Shown piece after piece: positions 25,637-38,600 of a stretch of DNA of 64,000 bases. Made by a program: the position numbers and the translations under genes. Origin of the DNA: Camelus dromedarius (taxonomy: Eukaryota); the NCBI RefSeq assembly GCF_036321535.1, contig NC_087437.1:6882001-6946000 (forward strand), read 5' to 3'. How positions within the stretch are numbered: the stretch's first letter is position 1; each line of letters begins with the position of its first letter. Below the pieces are notes generated by a model. That model was not told the origin of the DNA and searched no databases. It was given only the letters and a program-made list of their open reading frames with translations.

Positions 25637-28296
25637 TAACATTTGGTATTACTAAACACGTAGTAGTATCCTGAACATACACCTTCCACCATGTTTCTTT
25701 GTATTTTATCAAAAAATGTGTAGTACGTTAACAGACTGTAGTTTAGCCTTTGTCAAGAGACATGCAAGTATTTAATATTTACATTAAATGAATTGCCTCA
25801 GAAGAAATGTTAAATCCATAATATGCTTCTTTAAGAAGTAAAAAATTTCTCTGTAAGGTAAGTTACCATATCAGTATCTTCTGGTATTTTAGATAGGATT
25901 AATGTTTTTGGACCTCCATTGGTTTCCGCACTATCATGCAAATTCCTGGCTTGTTTTAACACAATAGTCTAATTTCTATTGGCTACATAATAGGGGAGAC
26001 ACATTTTAAATGCTCTTTTTGAAAATATCACCAGGCAGTCCAGAATACCTCATTTATTGATAATATCGTGACAATCAAGGACCTTAAGATCAGCCAATGG
26101 TAACAATATGGAATAGGGAAGACTTTAATAATGGAATTATGGGATTGTCATTTTCAGTCCATCTTGAACCATGTGAAAATGTTCTCTTCTCAAGCTACAA
26201 ATTTTAGATAAGCACAGTTAGATATAGTTATCACTACTTGGAGAGAAAAAAAAAACACCTCTTTTCAGCTCAGAATTCCTTAGGACTAAATGTTAATAGA
26301 TACACATTTTATATATAATATGTACAGACTTTGTAACCAAGTGCCACGCAAGTAGGGCACGCGTATTAGTTACCTTGGTTCTCAAAGGTTATATGTCAAC
26401 TCTGCATATTACGCGCCAAGGAGATACTATCGACATTATTTTTTGCATAATGTGCAAGTATTATATGGCCACAGAGTGTAATACAAATTAGTGGCAAAGT
26501 GCTGAGGGAAGGAATCCATGACAGATTCAGATGCCCAAGGTTGAATATTACCCGTAAACTACCTGACTCTGCTAAGGTCTTAACAGCACGAAGCGCTATG
26601 TCATGCCCCGCTTTTAAAAGTCTCTGAAATACTTGGACACAAGGCAGCTTGTTCAAGGAATTTTTTCCACAGCCACTGGCAACACTGGGACTGGTATGAG
26701 CAAAAAATGACGTTGGGAGAGCAACGTGGAGGGTTCCCCAGACAAATCTTTTGCAAAATGCGTCGTCTTCCCTGAAAACAATTTTGCTCACTCCATCATG
26801 ACCATCGTTGTTTACTGACATGTGCTTTTTTGGTTTAAAATATCATATTAACAAGATTATGCTGCTTAAGTTAAAGGGGCTAAGTGAGCGTTTTATTTTT
26901 CTTAGTATCACCATGTTGATTTCTTACACATACATACTTAACAATTCATTGAAAACGTTATCTCCAAAGAAGTTAGGTTCCTGGGAGTGGGGAATCTTAT
27001 TGACAACTCAAATTCTCCTAAAAAGGGTATTAAATTTCAGACACGTTATGTTAGGCATTGTGCTGGTTTAAAACAATAAAAAACTATATTCTCTGTTCTA
27101 GTCTTTCCCCTTAAACTCAGAGAAAAGAAGACAGATTAAAAAAAAAAATCATGGCATACTAGTTTCTATTTATTAATATATAAAATCTAGTTTTTAACTC
27201 AAATTCCTTTTGCTGAAATGATTTTCTGAACTCTAGTCATACACAAGAATGTTTAAAAGTTGCTTTCTCATCTAATTAAAAAAAAAAACAAAACCGAAAA
27301 CTTTTCCCATATCAAGTAAGTTTACAGCCAAACAGCTGTCTTCAGAGTAGTTCAGCTGTGCTTCGAAAGTAAAATAGTGACTTTTAAAGCCAAATTGGGA
27401 GTTTTCAGTGACCCTATTTTCGTTTCTGAAGTTCAACATTAAAGCAGCCCAGTTGCCTGCCAATGAGCTCAGCAGGGCTTAGGGAAAAGACAGGCAGGAA
27501 GAAAATGGGTGATTTCAGAGCTAAGTGCCGAGGAACTCAGACACCCTGTAACAAGGAGGAAATCGTAAAAAGCAGCAGTAAAAAATAAAAAGTGGGTATA
27601 AACCTAATAATAATAAGCAAAAACTGCAACACTGGTCTCAATCCTTTCCAGGACCATTAGCCCACCTTATCTTGTATCCTGGAGTTTACTGAGTTTTACG
27701 TTGCAAAAATTTTGAAGATCCTGCTTGAATTCCAGGTGTGTTATTCTTATTTCCTTCATGGAGTTCATATAGTTATGACATAACACAACCAAATGAGCTC
27801 CAAGTTATTAACTTATATTCCATTTACAACTTAAAAAAATTACACTGCTTACTTTTTACACACAGTCCATTTTTTCCCCTACTTATTTTTACTATTAATA
27901 GCCTTTAAAAATATTTCTGTTAGCTTGAAAAAATGCTGCCATGATGGAAGCATTGTGAAGTCACTGCAGATGAATCCATTCTAAGCATGCGTCTGCTGGA
28001 GACTGAATTGATATCTTTGCTGGCGAGTCATTTGACCATTCTGCTATCTCTGTTTATTAAAATAGTAACCAAAAACAGGTTATCGTCCTCATTGTTAAAA
28101 AAAAAAAAAAAAAAAGAGCATGTTTGTGAGTTAAATTTACAGTGTTTCAAGTGACTTTTCAATTGCTCTTTTTAAAATCAGTAAAATATCATCAAGAAAG
28201 TATTACCATGCATCTAACTGAGTGGGCCATCTTGGACTTCTGAAAGTTACTTCACATAAGCAGACAAACCCTACCATGTCATACCATACAAACAAT

Positions 28297-28302
28297 TTTA
28301 AT
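28297..28302 (-). promoter_or_regulatory. Candidate proximal poly(A) signal ATTAAA
   Basis: Minus strand reads ATTAAAATTGTTTGTATGGTATGACATGGTAGGGTTTGTCTG: hexamer, then a CA about 20 nt downstream, then a GU-rich element. Confidence 0.6.
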
Positions 28303-29479
28303 TGTGTAGTTACAGTCAATAACCACTCCTAATCAGAACATTTCTGCATAAAGAAAATTGTGATACACTTATAAAAACAGCCAGCTGTAACAAAATAGCT
28401 GGTGTTTTCATAGCCATAAACTCATAAAAAAGAAATACACCTTTATACAGAAATTTTATACAGATGTAGCTTTAAAATTGATTGTAAACCAAAGGAAGAC
28501 ACATTGCAAACATCAATTATTTTCACATTAATTGCATAATTTTCTAAGGTGATCTATTAGTTTTATTTATCTAAGCTTATTTGCATGATAGTAAAAATTG
28601 CATACAACAATAAGAGTGAAGCTTATAGTATGAATTGCTTGGATAACATAGAGCACTTTTTATAGGCAACTGTGTAAAGCACATTTTATCTATTTAAAAC
28701 TTTTAAGACACTTTGTTTTACTGCCCATCAAAATACATTTATAAATAGAAAAGAATCAGTATGGTAACAAGAGAAGCAATATTACATTTAACGGAAACTT
28801 CCAAAAAATTAATTACAATATGATGTTGCAGGATCTACAAATAAATAATGAGGACTAAACTGTGTTTCACATTTTCTTTCCATTTTTTTTAAAAAACCAT
28901 GTAACAATGAGAATGAAAAAAAAATTACAGTGAACTTTTATTTCCAAAATAAAAACAAATTTGAATTACGGCAGTGCCATATAATACAAGGCATTTGTTG
29001 GCATATGTCATCTTTAAACTGCATTCCACAGTCTATAGTTCTTTTGTAACATACAATAGAGTAACAAACTCTTTTTTTTTTTTTTAAAACAAGGGGCGAG
29101 TTTCCAAAGATCAGTGTGAAGTGTTACAGAAATAATTAAAGGAAGGAAATAATAATCACAGAAGTTATAATGCTTGTTTGAGGCTCCAGAATAGTAATAA
29201 TAATAAAAAAAAAATATCACTGGTATCATGCTGACGGGGTCCACACCTGGGTGTGTCCCGTGAACACAAAAATTTCCATTTTTAATACCAAACAATCCTC
29301 GATGCTTCACCTGGGGCTGCCAAGCAGTTTGTAAAACAGAGTAAAACGTTTAGTGCAGTCTGTATCATCCCTTTGTCGACTTTTCCTGTTTGTGCAAGTT
29401 TCCGAAGATTCATTGGCCAAACAATGGACAACCAAGGTTTTCCGAGCAAGCACAAGGTGGACTTTCCGCTGCGTGAGTC

Positions 29480-30145
29480 TGTTACCGGTGGCACTGATGG
29501 AGGAGGAGTAGGCGTTCATCTCAGTCCTTGACGTCTGCGTTCAGGTCTGTGTTCCCCTCCACCGACAGCTCGTCTTCTAGTTTCACCGAGAAAAGGGTGT
29601 TAGCATTTTTGTCTTGGGCACTCTCCTCCAAGTCCTTAAGCAACTCCTCCTCCTTGTACTCGGCCACGTCCACCTCCAGGCCGGAGTTGTCCTTCAGCTT
29701 GCCGTGATGCTTGAGATAGTACCGCTGGTTCTGAAAGAACTTGATGATGGTGTACTTGGGGAGGTCCAGCTGGGCGGACAGAGTCTGGATGGCCTCCTCG
29801 TCCGGGTACAGGCCCACGTCCTGGATGAAGCTCTGCAGGATGCCCAGGGCCTCCACGGAGATCTTGGTCCGCGGCCGCGCCTTCTGCCGGCTCTCGTCCT
29901 CCGCCTCGGCGGGCGCGGCCACCGTGGGCTGCCGCGGGGGGAGCCGGGGCCCGGCCGGCGGCTGCTGCGCCTGCGCCTGCGGGGGCGGCGGGGCGGGCTG
30001 CTGCTGCGCCTGCGCCGGCTGCTGCTGCGGGGAAGGAACAAGCACAGGTCAGCTGCGCGCTCGGCCACTGCGCATGCGGCCTGGGAAGGAGCGAGCCCGC
30101 GGTTGGGGATCCCACGTGCGCCTGCCTGGCGGGCTCCGTGGCCCA
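29480..30145. promoter_or_regulatory. Intragenic 3' CpG island over the terminal exon and its acceptor
   Basis: Visibly very GC- and CpG-rich (e.g. gcggccgcgc, gcgggcgcggcc) in an otherwise AT-rich window. Confidence 0.85.
29521..30024 (-). CDS. SATB1: SATB1 terminal coding exon: Q/A/P-rich linker, homeodomain ([58 protein letters not shown]) and acidic tail; stop TGA at 29521-29523
   Basis: ORF 29521..30045 contains the SATB1 homeodomain. Acceptor cttgttccttccccgcag| with CTGAC branch point at 30048-30052. The exact start could shift by 3 or 6 nt because of the CAGCAGCAG acceptor. Confidence 0.97.
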   Translation of the reverse strand, partial: QQPAQAQQQPAPPPPQAQAQQPPAGPRLPPRQPTVAAPAEAEDESRQKARPRTKISVEALGILQSFIQDVGLYPDEEAIQTLSAQLDLPKYTIIKFFQNQRYYLKHHGKLKDNSGLEVDVAEYKEEELLKDLEESAQDKNANTLFSVKLEDELSVEGNTDLNADVKD

Positions 30146-31221
30146 CAGCATTGGGAAGAGAGTCAAAGTGATCACTAGGAAGGGAGGAGTTCCGAGGGCT
30201 TTGGGGCCCTCAGGCTTCCTGGCCAAAGGTCAGACAGGCTCACGGGAAGTGAGAACTCAGCGCTCTGAAAATATGAGCCATGAACTTCACCAAAAAAGAA
30301 ATGCATCAGAGGCAGCGACAGCATATTATGATGTCAGTAATTAACAGATTTAAAATGAAGACCGAGAAGTAAAGATTTCAAAGTCATTGTGGAAAGGTGA
30401 GCTATGGAGCCGTGGGGAAGGAGATATGTTTTGTCCCATCTTATCAGATGGAGCAAGCACAGAAAGTCTTTTTTAAAATATAAAAAAAAATTTTAAATAA
30501 CAATTAGAAGTATTGAAATATATAGAAATATGAAATGGGCAGGCGTTTGCTTTTCTGCAGCATTAGCCCTTGTGAATCGAAAGGATATCTGAGATTCTCA
30601 CGTTTGTGAATTTCCCACCAGGCAGTTCCAGTCCTAACAGACACACAATTCTTACTTCAAATCGCACTAGGCTGACACTGCAAGTTTTTTTCTTAAATAA
30701 AGGTTCACTCCACCCCACAACGGCTAGCAAACTGTTTTGTCTGTAGGAAACTCGGATGTAATTAGGATTTAGATTTAGTGCAGACACTTTTTCATAACTA
30801 GTATCAGTACATGTGCTGTAATTTTCATACACGATTATACATAACAAATGTGTGACACAGGCACATACTGCGTATCTCAACTCTGTGTCCAGGATTCTGA
30901 CCAGCAAAGCAAATCCACCTGAATAAGCGGTAAAATATTAGAACATCTGTACTGCGCCCTAAGCATTTCCTTAATTCCCCTATGAAGCAATTGTATTAAA
31001 AACAACTTACATTTTCAAGCAAGTACTATTCCTATTACTTAACATTTATCTTTCTTTTTTGTTTGTGTTTTTGCTAAATAGTAAGTTTTATAGGCTTTCA
31101 CAATTATTTTAGTACTTGATCTCCTAAGGGATTCTCTTTTTCAATTTATCTTTAATATACACTCAAGGATTTTTCATTTTTTCCTAGTGGATGGATAATC
31201 CTATTATTATTTGTGTTTGTG

Positions 31222-31266
31222 TATATCTATCTATCTTTCTTTCTATCTATCCATCCATCCAACCAT
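31222..31266. repeat. (TCTA/TCCA)n imperfect microsatellite
   Basis: Direct reading. Confidence 0.7.
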
Positions 31267-31614
31267 CTCCCGGCCCCTCTGCCAGCAATACCAAGAAATA
31301 ATACACATGTGATTCAACAGACTATAGACTTTAGGACTCTGGTGGGCAATGGTATTTTCCCTTAGAGGGGAAAGCTAAAAACACCCTCTTAGATTGAGGA
31401 GGAATCATCTGTACAGCTCAAATTCAATTTCAACGCATTTCCTAAGCAGTCCAGGCCATAAAAGCACCAACAGACTACCTGAGCTCAGAGTTTCCCAATC
31501 TCAATTCACTGGGCCATTCCCTCGGTGGATGAATGGAGACAGGTCCCAGGACAGGACAAGCTGAACCCAGGCTGACTCTGCCCACACAGTGGTCTTTGGC
31601 CATCATCACAGTTA

Positions 31615-31815
<201 letters not shown>

Positions 31816-32354
31816 CTAAAGGAAAGACAAACAGACATGACTCACCCCCAACCTGTGCTCTGGGCGGGTGCAGGGGAGACAGAGCAACAAAGTGACGGCA
31901 GGGGCCAGGGAGTCAGAGGCGAGATCCCAGTTTGGTTTCCCTCCCTTCCTCTTTTTTGGACAGAATCCAAGGTTGACAACTGTGACGCTACAAGCTTCTA
32001 CAGAAACCGCAGTCACGCCTTTCCTTGGGGACAGCATTGGTATTCATTAAGAAATAGGCTGGTGTTGGAAAGATTCTGCTTTTTAAAAAACAAACAAAAA
32101 ACCCTTACGCTCTCACACCACAAAGCAACCCAATTCTGACAAAGAAGCAGAAAAGGGGGTTTCTGCCGCTTGGGGGTAGGGGCTGCGAAGGGAGAGGAAC
32201 ACAAGACACGTGCTGGGAAGAGCATGTTCTGTCTCCTTTTCTCCCCCTGCGTGAGCCGGCAGTGTACCATCACCTCTTGCTAAAAAAGCCCATGTTTAGA
32301 CTGGAGGGCAGAAGAGAAACGCTCATTTCCCTGCTAAATTTAAACCTCTGCTTA

Positions 32355-32627
<273 letters not shown>

Positions 32628-35600
32628 TCAATGGTGTGGGGTTGCTGGGGTCGGGGGTGGGGAGCCCGACAGGCACCATGAGGAGCTTAGAAAGGGAGAG
32701 CTTTGTGAAATTAACTTTTGTCACAAGCTCAAAACACTCCAATCTGCTTAAACAATTTTTTTTTAACCTGTTAAGAGAGAAGAGCTGCGGCTATCAAGAA
32801 GGCTGGCTCTGTGTTCAGTAAATGCTCAGATTTGCATCTTAAAGGAATGTCGTATTTTTCAGACTCCAGGGGGAAGACCCATTTATTACCACGGACTCTA
32901 CAGCATGTGGGTGAGGAGTGTGACCTGACTTCTTTGTCTGACGAGTGCCGGCTGAGGTTCTGAAGGTATTTAAGAACGGACAGGTCAGATTTTTTTAGAA
33001 TGATTTTTTTTCCTAAAAGGATTTTTGACGTTTATAATTTTTGTCTTAGAAAGGCAACTGTGTGAATATTTGTGTGTGTGTGAGTGTGTGGAGGAAAGGA
33101 TGTGTGCAGTTATGTGAGCAAGAATGTTGTCCCAAGGTGAGGTGTTACATCTAGAACAGGTATTAGAAGAATTCTTCAAGACAGAACTTTCCAGAAAGAC
33201 ACCTCGGCGTGTTGCCTGCTGCAGTATACACATATGTTTTGTTGGGCAAGGATTTTCAAAGATTTCCTGGCTAAGAGAGAAGGCAATGTCCAAGGCATGC
33301 CAAATCCTGAACCTCTCTGATGCCTTCTGAGGCCCCGTTTTTGACTCTCATTCTCCATCAAGAACCGAGTGGTCCAACAGACTATACCGTCTAACGTTTT
33401 CCAATCATCGTCTCAAACCTTCTTCATCTTGGCTGCCATGATGGACACAAAGTAATGGGGTGGAGAGGGAGAGTGTCCCACCCAGACCCCCTTCACCAGC
33501 CACCAAGGCAACCAGCCTTAGTTTCTGGGTTGCCTACCCACAGCTCACAGCTATGCTCTTTTCTGGAGAAATGTCGTGGAGCCCTCTCCCCCAGAGATGC
33601 CAGGATGCTCACTCCACTTCCTCCCTGACCCCTTCACCCTGGGTGGCCAGTGACTGCTGACCCAGTGGTACCAAGTTCTTGCCTCTGGCCCCAGAGTCAC
33701 TCTACCTTTGAGTCTCCAGAGATGGCCCTCCCTCATCTTCTTGCTCCGTCTCCCCATCAATGCAGACTTTACCTGAGACCACGTTCTTACTGGACTCCTC
33801 CCTTTGTCTTATCCTCCCTAACTGCTTCTAGTCCCTCACTATATCATGAGGGTATCAATTCCTAATCTCAGGCTCTGCTTTAAGAAGTCAACCAAAGACA
33901 AAGGAAATTCCAAGTAAATTAGATGGATGAGAATGGAAAGAGTACAATTTCTGATCTGATTTACTGGCCAAGGGGAACTGCTTTTTTTTCTTTAATGTTA
34001 CCTTTAGACCTTTGGGTGAATCATAAAATGGTATGATATTCCTTCCCTTCTTCTTAAACAGAACCACCAGAGAAATTCTCTTCCAACTGTAATATACAGT
34101 GGGAAGAAGGAAGGCCCATTTTCCCCAAAATGGCCTATGAGAGAAATTTTGAAAGACGGAGCCTGAGACCCCAGCCTGCCAAGGCCCACCTACCACCCAG
34201 CCAAGGGCGACAGCTGCCACAACCTCATGACATCTACTAGTGTCTCTGAGACGCCTCTGACTCTCCATTCAACATGTCTTTTAATTAAACAAATATGTAC
34301 CTGGGGGCAGTCATGCACTTGTGCATCCATTTGATGCCACTGAATGCAAAATTCCAGGCTAAGGGAGCAGACAGTAAATGGAAGATGTACGAAATAAAAA
34401 ACAAAAATAATTGTGGTGACAGTGTCACTGAACATGCCTCTCTCCTAACCACGGCAATTCTGTGCCGATTTCTAGAATCATGCGATGAGATGGCATATTT
34501 CAGCTCTATTCATGTGAATGTAACATTAAGTACAAAACCGTATTTGAGTATTTGAAATATTTGAGATCACTTGCATATGGTGCCCTGGAGATGTTTATTT
34601 AGTTCTTACTGACAACTGTGTGCTATCTGGATCACACCATGAAAATATTTTATATTTTTCCACATCTAAGCGATTTCTTTACACCTGACCTCTATGTTTT
34701 GATGCAGTGCAGGTTTCAGTTCTAAATCTTCCTGTAGGCTTGAATATTAACTATAGTTAAGATTAAACCCCCTACCCTGCCAACTTTCAACTATAGCAAC
34801 TGACAGGCCCCCATGCTTAAACACATCACTACAATTTTATTTACCTTCCAAGAGACATTAGAAGGTTCATAAAGCACAGAACAGAAAAAAATTTTTTTAT
34901 ACTTAGCTAGAATTATACTATTTGAGTAAGTGCTTAATAGCGAGCCTCTAAGTTTCTTTCTCTTTTCTTTTTTCTTTTTTAAGAAATAAATGCTTGTAAC
35001 TAAAAATTGCTAAAAGTTAAATTAAGAATGATTCATGTAAGAAACTCTTCTTGGGAGAAAGCTGAAAACCTCCCATAATTTTTCAAATCCTTTCAAAAAC
35101 TTTTTAAAGTAACGCAGAGATCGGTTAGCACTTGGATATATGTGGGGGGGAAAAAAAAACCATGTGGCTCACAGATGTTCTTTGGAAAAGAAAATCATTA
35201 GTTCTTTTAAAATGGCTAATAATGATAGCTAATTCCTAAACAATCACACTCATGCTGGTTTAACAAATATTTCAGAAAAAGAGCCCTGACTCTTTTAACA
35301 AATATTTTGCTCATATTGTCACTTCTGAGTCTCTGTACTTACGAGACAGATTCTTATTTTTATTAATTGCCCATGACTAACATAACATTTCCAGTAGTTT
35401 GCCATTAACCTCTGCCCTTCAATAATACTTCTAATTCCTTATCTAAAAATAATTTGATGAATTATATATCTGAAGCATGTCTCCGCTAGCCTTTCAAGAG
35501 ACACGATGGTTTTAAGAGACTGAAATCAGATGCTTCTTAGAAAAATATTTAACGGTGCAGCTGGGAACTGTTAGTTCTACGTGGGTATTCCAAAAAACAA

Positions 35601-38600
35601 GACTGGGGGTGGTGGTGGTAGGGACGTGCCTTTTTTCATGTGCATCTCATCTCTCTCAACAAATAATGGAAAACAGATATTTTGACAGGCTAGATCTCTG
35701 TCAGCAGAGAAATAAACTGGCTCCTTCCCAATTTACACTGACAAAAAGAAGATTAATTTATTATAATACTATTTAAATACCTCGGAATATTCCGACTTCA
35801 GATTCTATGGATTGAGACTCTATTAATGATGACAGTAAATCTGATCTATGTTTTGCCGAAAGAGACTAAAAGAGCCAAATGCTCTCTGATTCCCCAGTAC
35901 CTTTTCCTAGGTGACTTTTCCATAAGCGATATTGTTAGAGTAAATAAACTCAGAAAGACAGTGATGTGCCAGGATATTTGTAATATTTGACACATAAAAA
36001 TAATTATTTCCTTCAGTACTAGATTGGTTTTTAAATGATAAATGCATAGATTTGCTTGGTGGAGGAGAGATGGTGAAAAAGAGTGAATACAATGCAGCAC
36101 TCTGTTGCAAAATGTGAACATAATGACGTTTTAAGCGAGGTCTCTGGGACTTGAAATATTGTAAGACCACAGGCAGGCAGGCGCAGGGAACTACTCTGAC
36201 AATTAAATCAGATCACAACTGTTCTTCTGAACAGGAGAAAAGACAGGAGACGAACAGCCTGAAAATGAGGCGACCTATCGAGTCTCAGAAAAACTAAAAT
36301 GGTACAAGGAACAACCTAAACTTTAAATGTAGTAAATTTGCCAAGCAACATTACACTGCATTTAAAGAGGGCAAAATATAAACAGTAGCCACATGTAAAT
36401 AAATTAGTAAAACTTTCAGGATGTGACTACTTTTCAAACTGACAAAGTTTAATTTGACACCTTCTGTTCGAAACCCTTTGTTTCTATTCAAAATCACGCC
36501 TTGAGCGGTTGCTATCAATCACAGTCCTCCCCCTATTACTTAAAAAAACTGGCATGGACCCTGCTCGAGCTGAAAATGCCATGCAGATGAATTCTGAGAT
36601 AATATGTTCAAACCTGTTATATACAACACAAATCCTGTAAAGTTATGTATTGTAAACCTACATTTATTGAGAACTAAAAGTCTTCTTCAATCCATCTGCC
36701 ACAAAAGGAAATACTGTGAGGCACTTTAGAGGGACCGAGAACCATCTACCAATGTCTTGCCACCGTAAGCAAAAAAAAAAAAAAAAAAAAAAAAAAAGCT
36801 GCAGAAGACGCTAAATCTCAGGCGGCATGAAATCAATACCATTCTTTGGGCTGGTTTTGGTTCCGCATCTATAAAAGAAAAGGGAAGATGGAGGTTGGGG
36901 GTAGAAAAAGGAAAAAGAGAAAATACAGAACGACTGCCAAACCAGTACTGAAAAAAAAAAGCAAAACAAACTCAACGACAACACAATGACAATTAAGTAT
37001 GGTCCATGAAACACATCGACTGTATGCTCATTTCCAAGGAAAAATTAGCAGTTCTAAACTCAAGATCCTAATGACGTGCTTTACCCACGGAATCTGGTTG
37101 CACCTCATTTAAATACAAATTCTGGCACCTTTCTCTCTCAGCTGCGAATATCCACCCAAACTCCAGCTCTGATTTCCACCCTACTCTTTTCAGAACAGCT
37201 AATTCAAACCGATTCACTTCTAACGTTTGAACGGATCAGGGGTGCACAATGATTTTAATTGAGCCAAGAAAGCCCCCTCTTTTCACTAATGGATTTACGG
37301 TACCTCTAAAGCCTCACGCACAGAAAAAGCGGACCTTTCCAGGGTCTGGTCTGTGACAAAGCTGGGAGCACGGAACAACTCGTGTTCCAGGGGCAAACAG
37401 ACTTCAGCATTCCCTGAGAAAGTCATTTCATACAAGATACAGATATGTCTATAGTATGTATACGTTTTAAACCCAGGAGCTGTAAAAAGAGAAAGAAAAT
37501 GACAAATAATTCGTCCTGTAACTAAGAAGGAAAAATACACTTAAAGAAACAGAATGGTAATTTGAGTTCTAAAAAGCAAAACATTTTATAGTCTGTATTT
37601 ATCCCCTCCCTCACCCTCATCTTTATGTGTTATTTGCAGGAGTATTTTGTTCCGATCTCTGGGGCATATAGTATAATAATATATGATATTAAGAGAAATC
37701 AATCTAAATAGGGAGAGATTTGATACAAACATTTTAGTGGAAAGCATGAATTACATTAAGCAAGTAGGTAGGCACAGGATTAAGTACATAATCCATTAAA
37801 CAGTACTTCTAACACACACAAAAAAATTCACTATTGTAGACTAAACTACACCAGGCATTTTGAATGAGTACATTTTCAACAACAACTAACTATAAAGCTA
37901 GCAATTTATCATTCAGCAAATAATTTTCTACTTTTAAAAGAATCTGTAAGTGTTACTTATGCTAATGAAGACAGTTTTTAATCTGCCCACAAACATGCTA
38001 ATAGGCGGCAATTTTTTTTTTTTTTTTTTTTTAACAAAGCTGTCGGCACTCAAGGGTAATTTCATACCAAGGTTCTATAGGCTGGGGGTGGGGGGTGGGG
38101 GGGCGGAAATGGATTCTAATTGTCAGAGCTACTGAATCCTACCCCTAACATAAAGGTTTAAAGATGTCACAAGAGATGCAATGTGACTAATGAGCTCTTA
38201 CACCACACCCTTTAACATTCCAGAAAGGTTCCATTTTCACACTTTTTTGCTCTGTACACACTCTGCTTCACACAGAGTACGAAAACGTGTTCCTTCGTCC
38301 GGGCCCCTAATGTAGAGACACACAAGGCCTGATGGAGGTACAAGCCCACTTCAAGGTGTGAGGCTTTTTCGAGAACAATCCTGACACTCTGAACAGTGAG
38401 AAACAAAACAGAGGCAAAGCGATCCTGAAAGCATTTTAAATTATTTACTAGGTTAAAAGGGTGAAATGAGACTCCAAATACATCAAATTTCATCGTCTGG
38501 GCCATTTTTTGGTGGCAAAGTGGTATTGATCTTCCCAAATGCTTAAAATTAACTATTTTCCAGAAGGTCATTATTTGATTAAAGGCATTAAAGTTGAGGG

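Larger units (their letters stand above)
25610..29520 (-). other. SATB1: SATB1 3' UTR: short form to ~28280, putative long form to ~25610
   Basis: AU-rich sequence after the stop with no recognisable repeats. ATTAAA at 28297-28302 is followed by GU-rich sequence; AATAAA at 25631-25636. The distal end is inferred. Confidence 0.65.

Noticed and set aside
26396..26821. 141-aa minus-strand ORF in the distal 3' UTR
   Set aside because: No similarity I recognise and downstream of the SATB1 stop. Only ribosome profiling or codon conservation could rescue it.
29614..30226. Four long overlapping ORFs (145-196 aa) on both strands across the last exon
   Set aside because: Expected by-product of very high GC content (few stop codons) and antisense shadowing of real codons. 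No recognisable protein as stand-alone genes.
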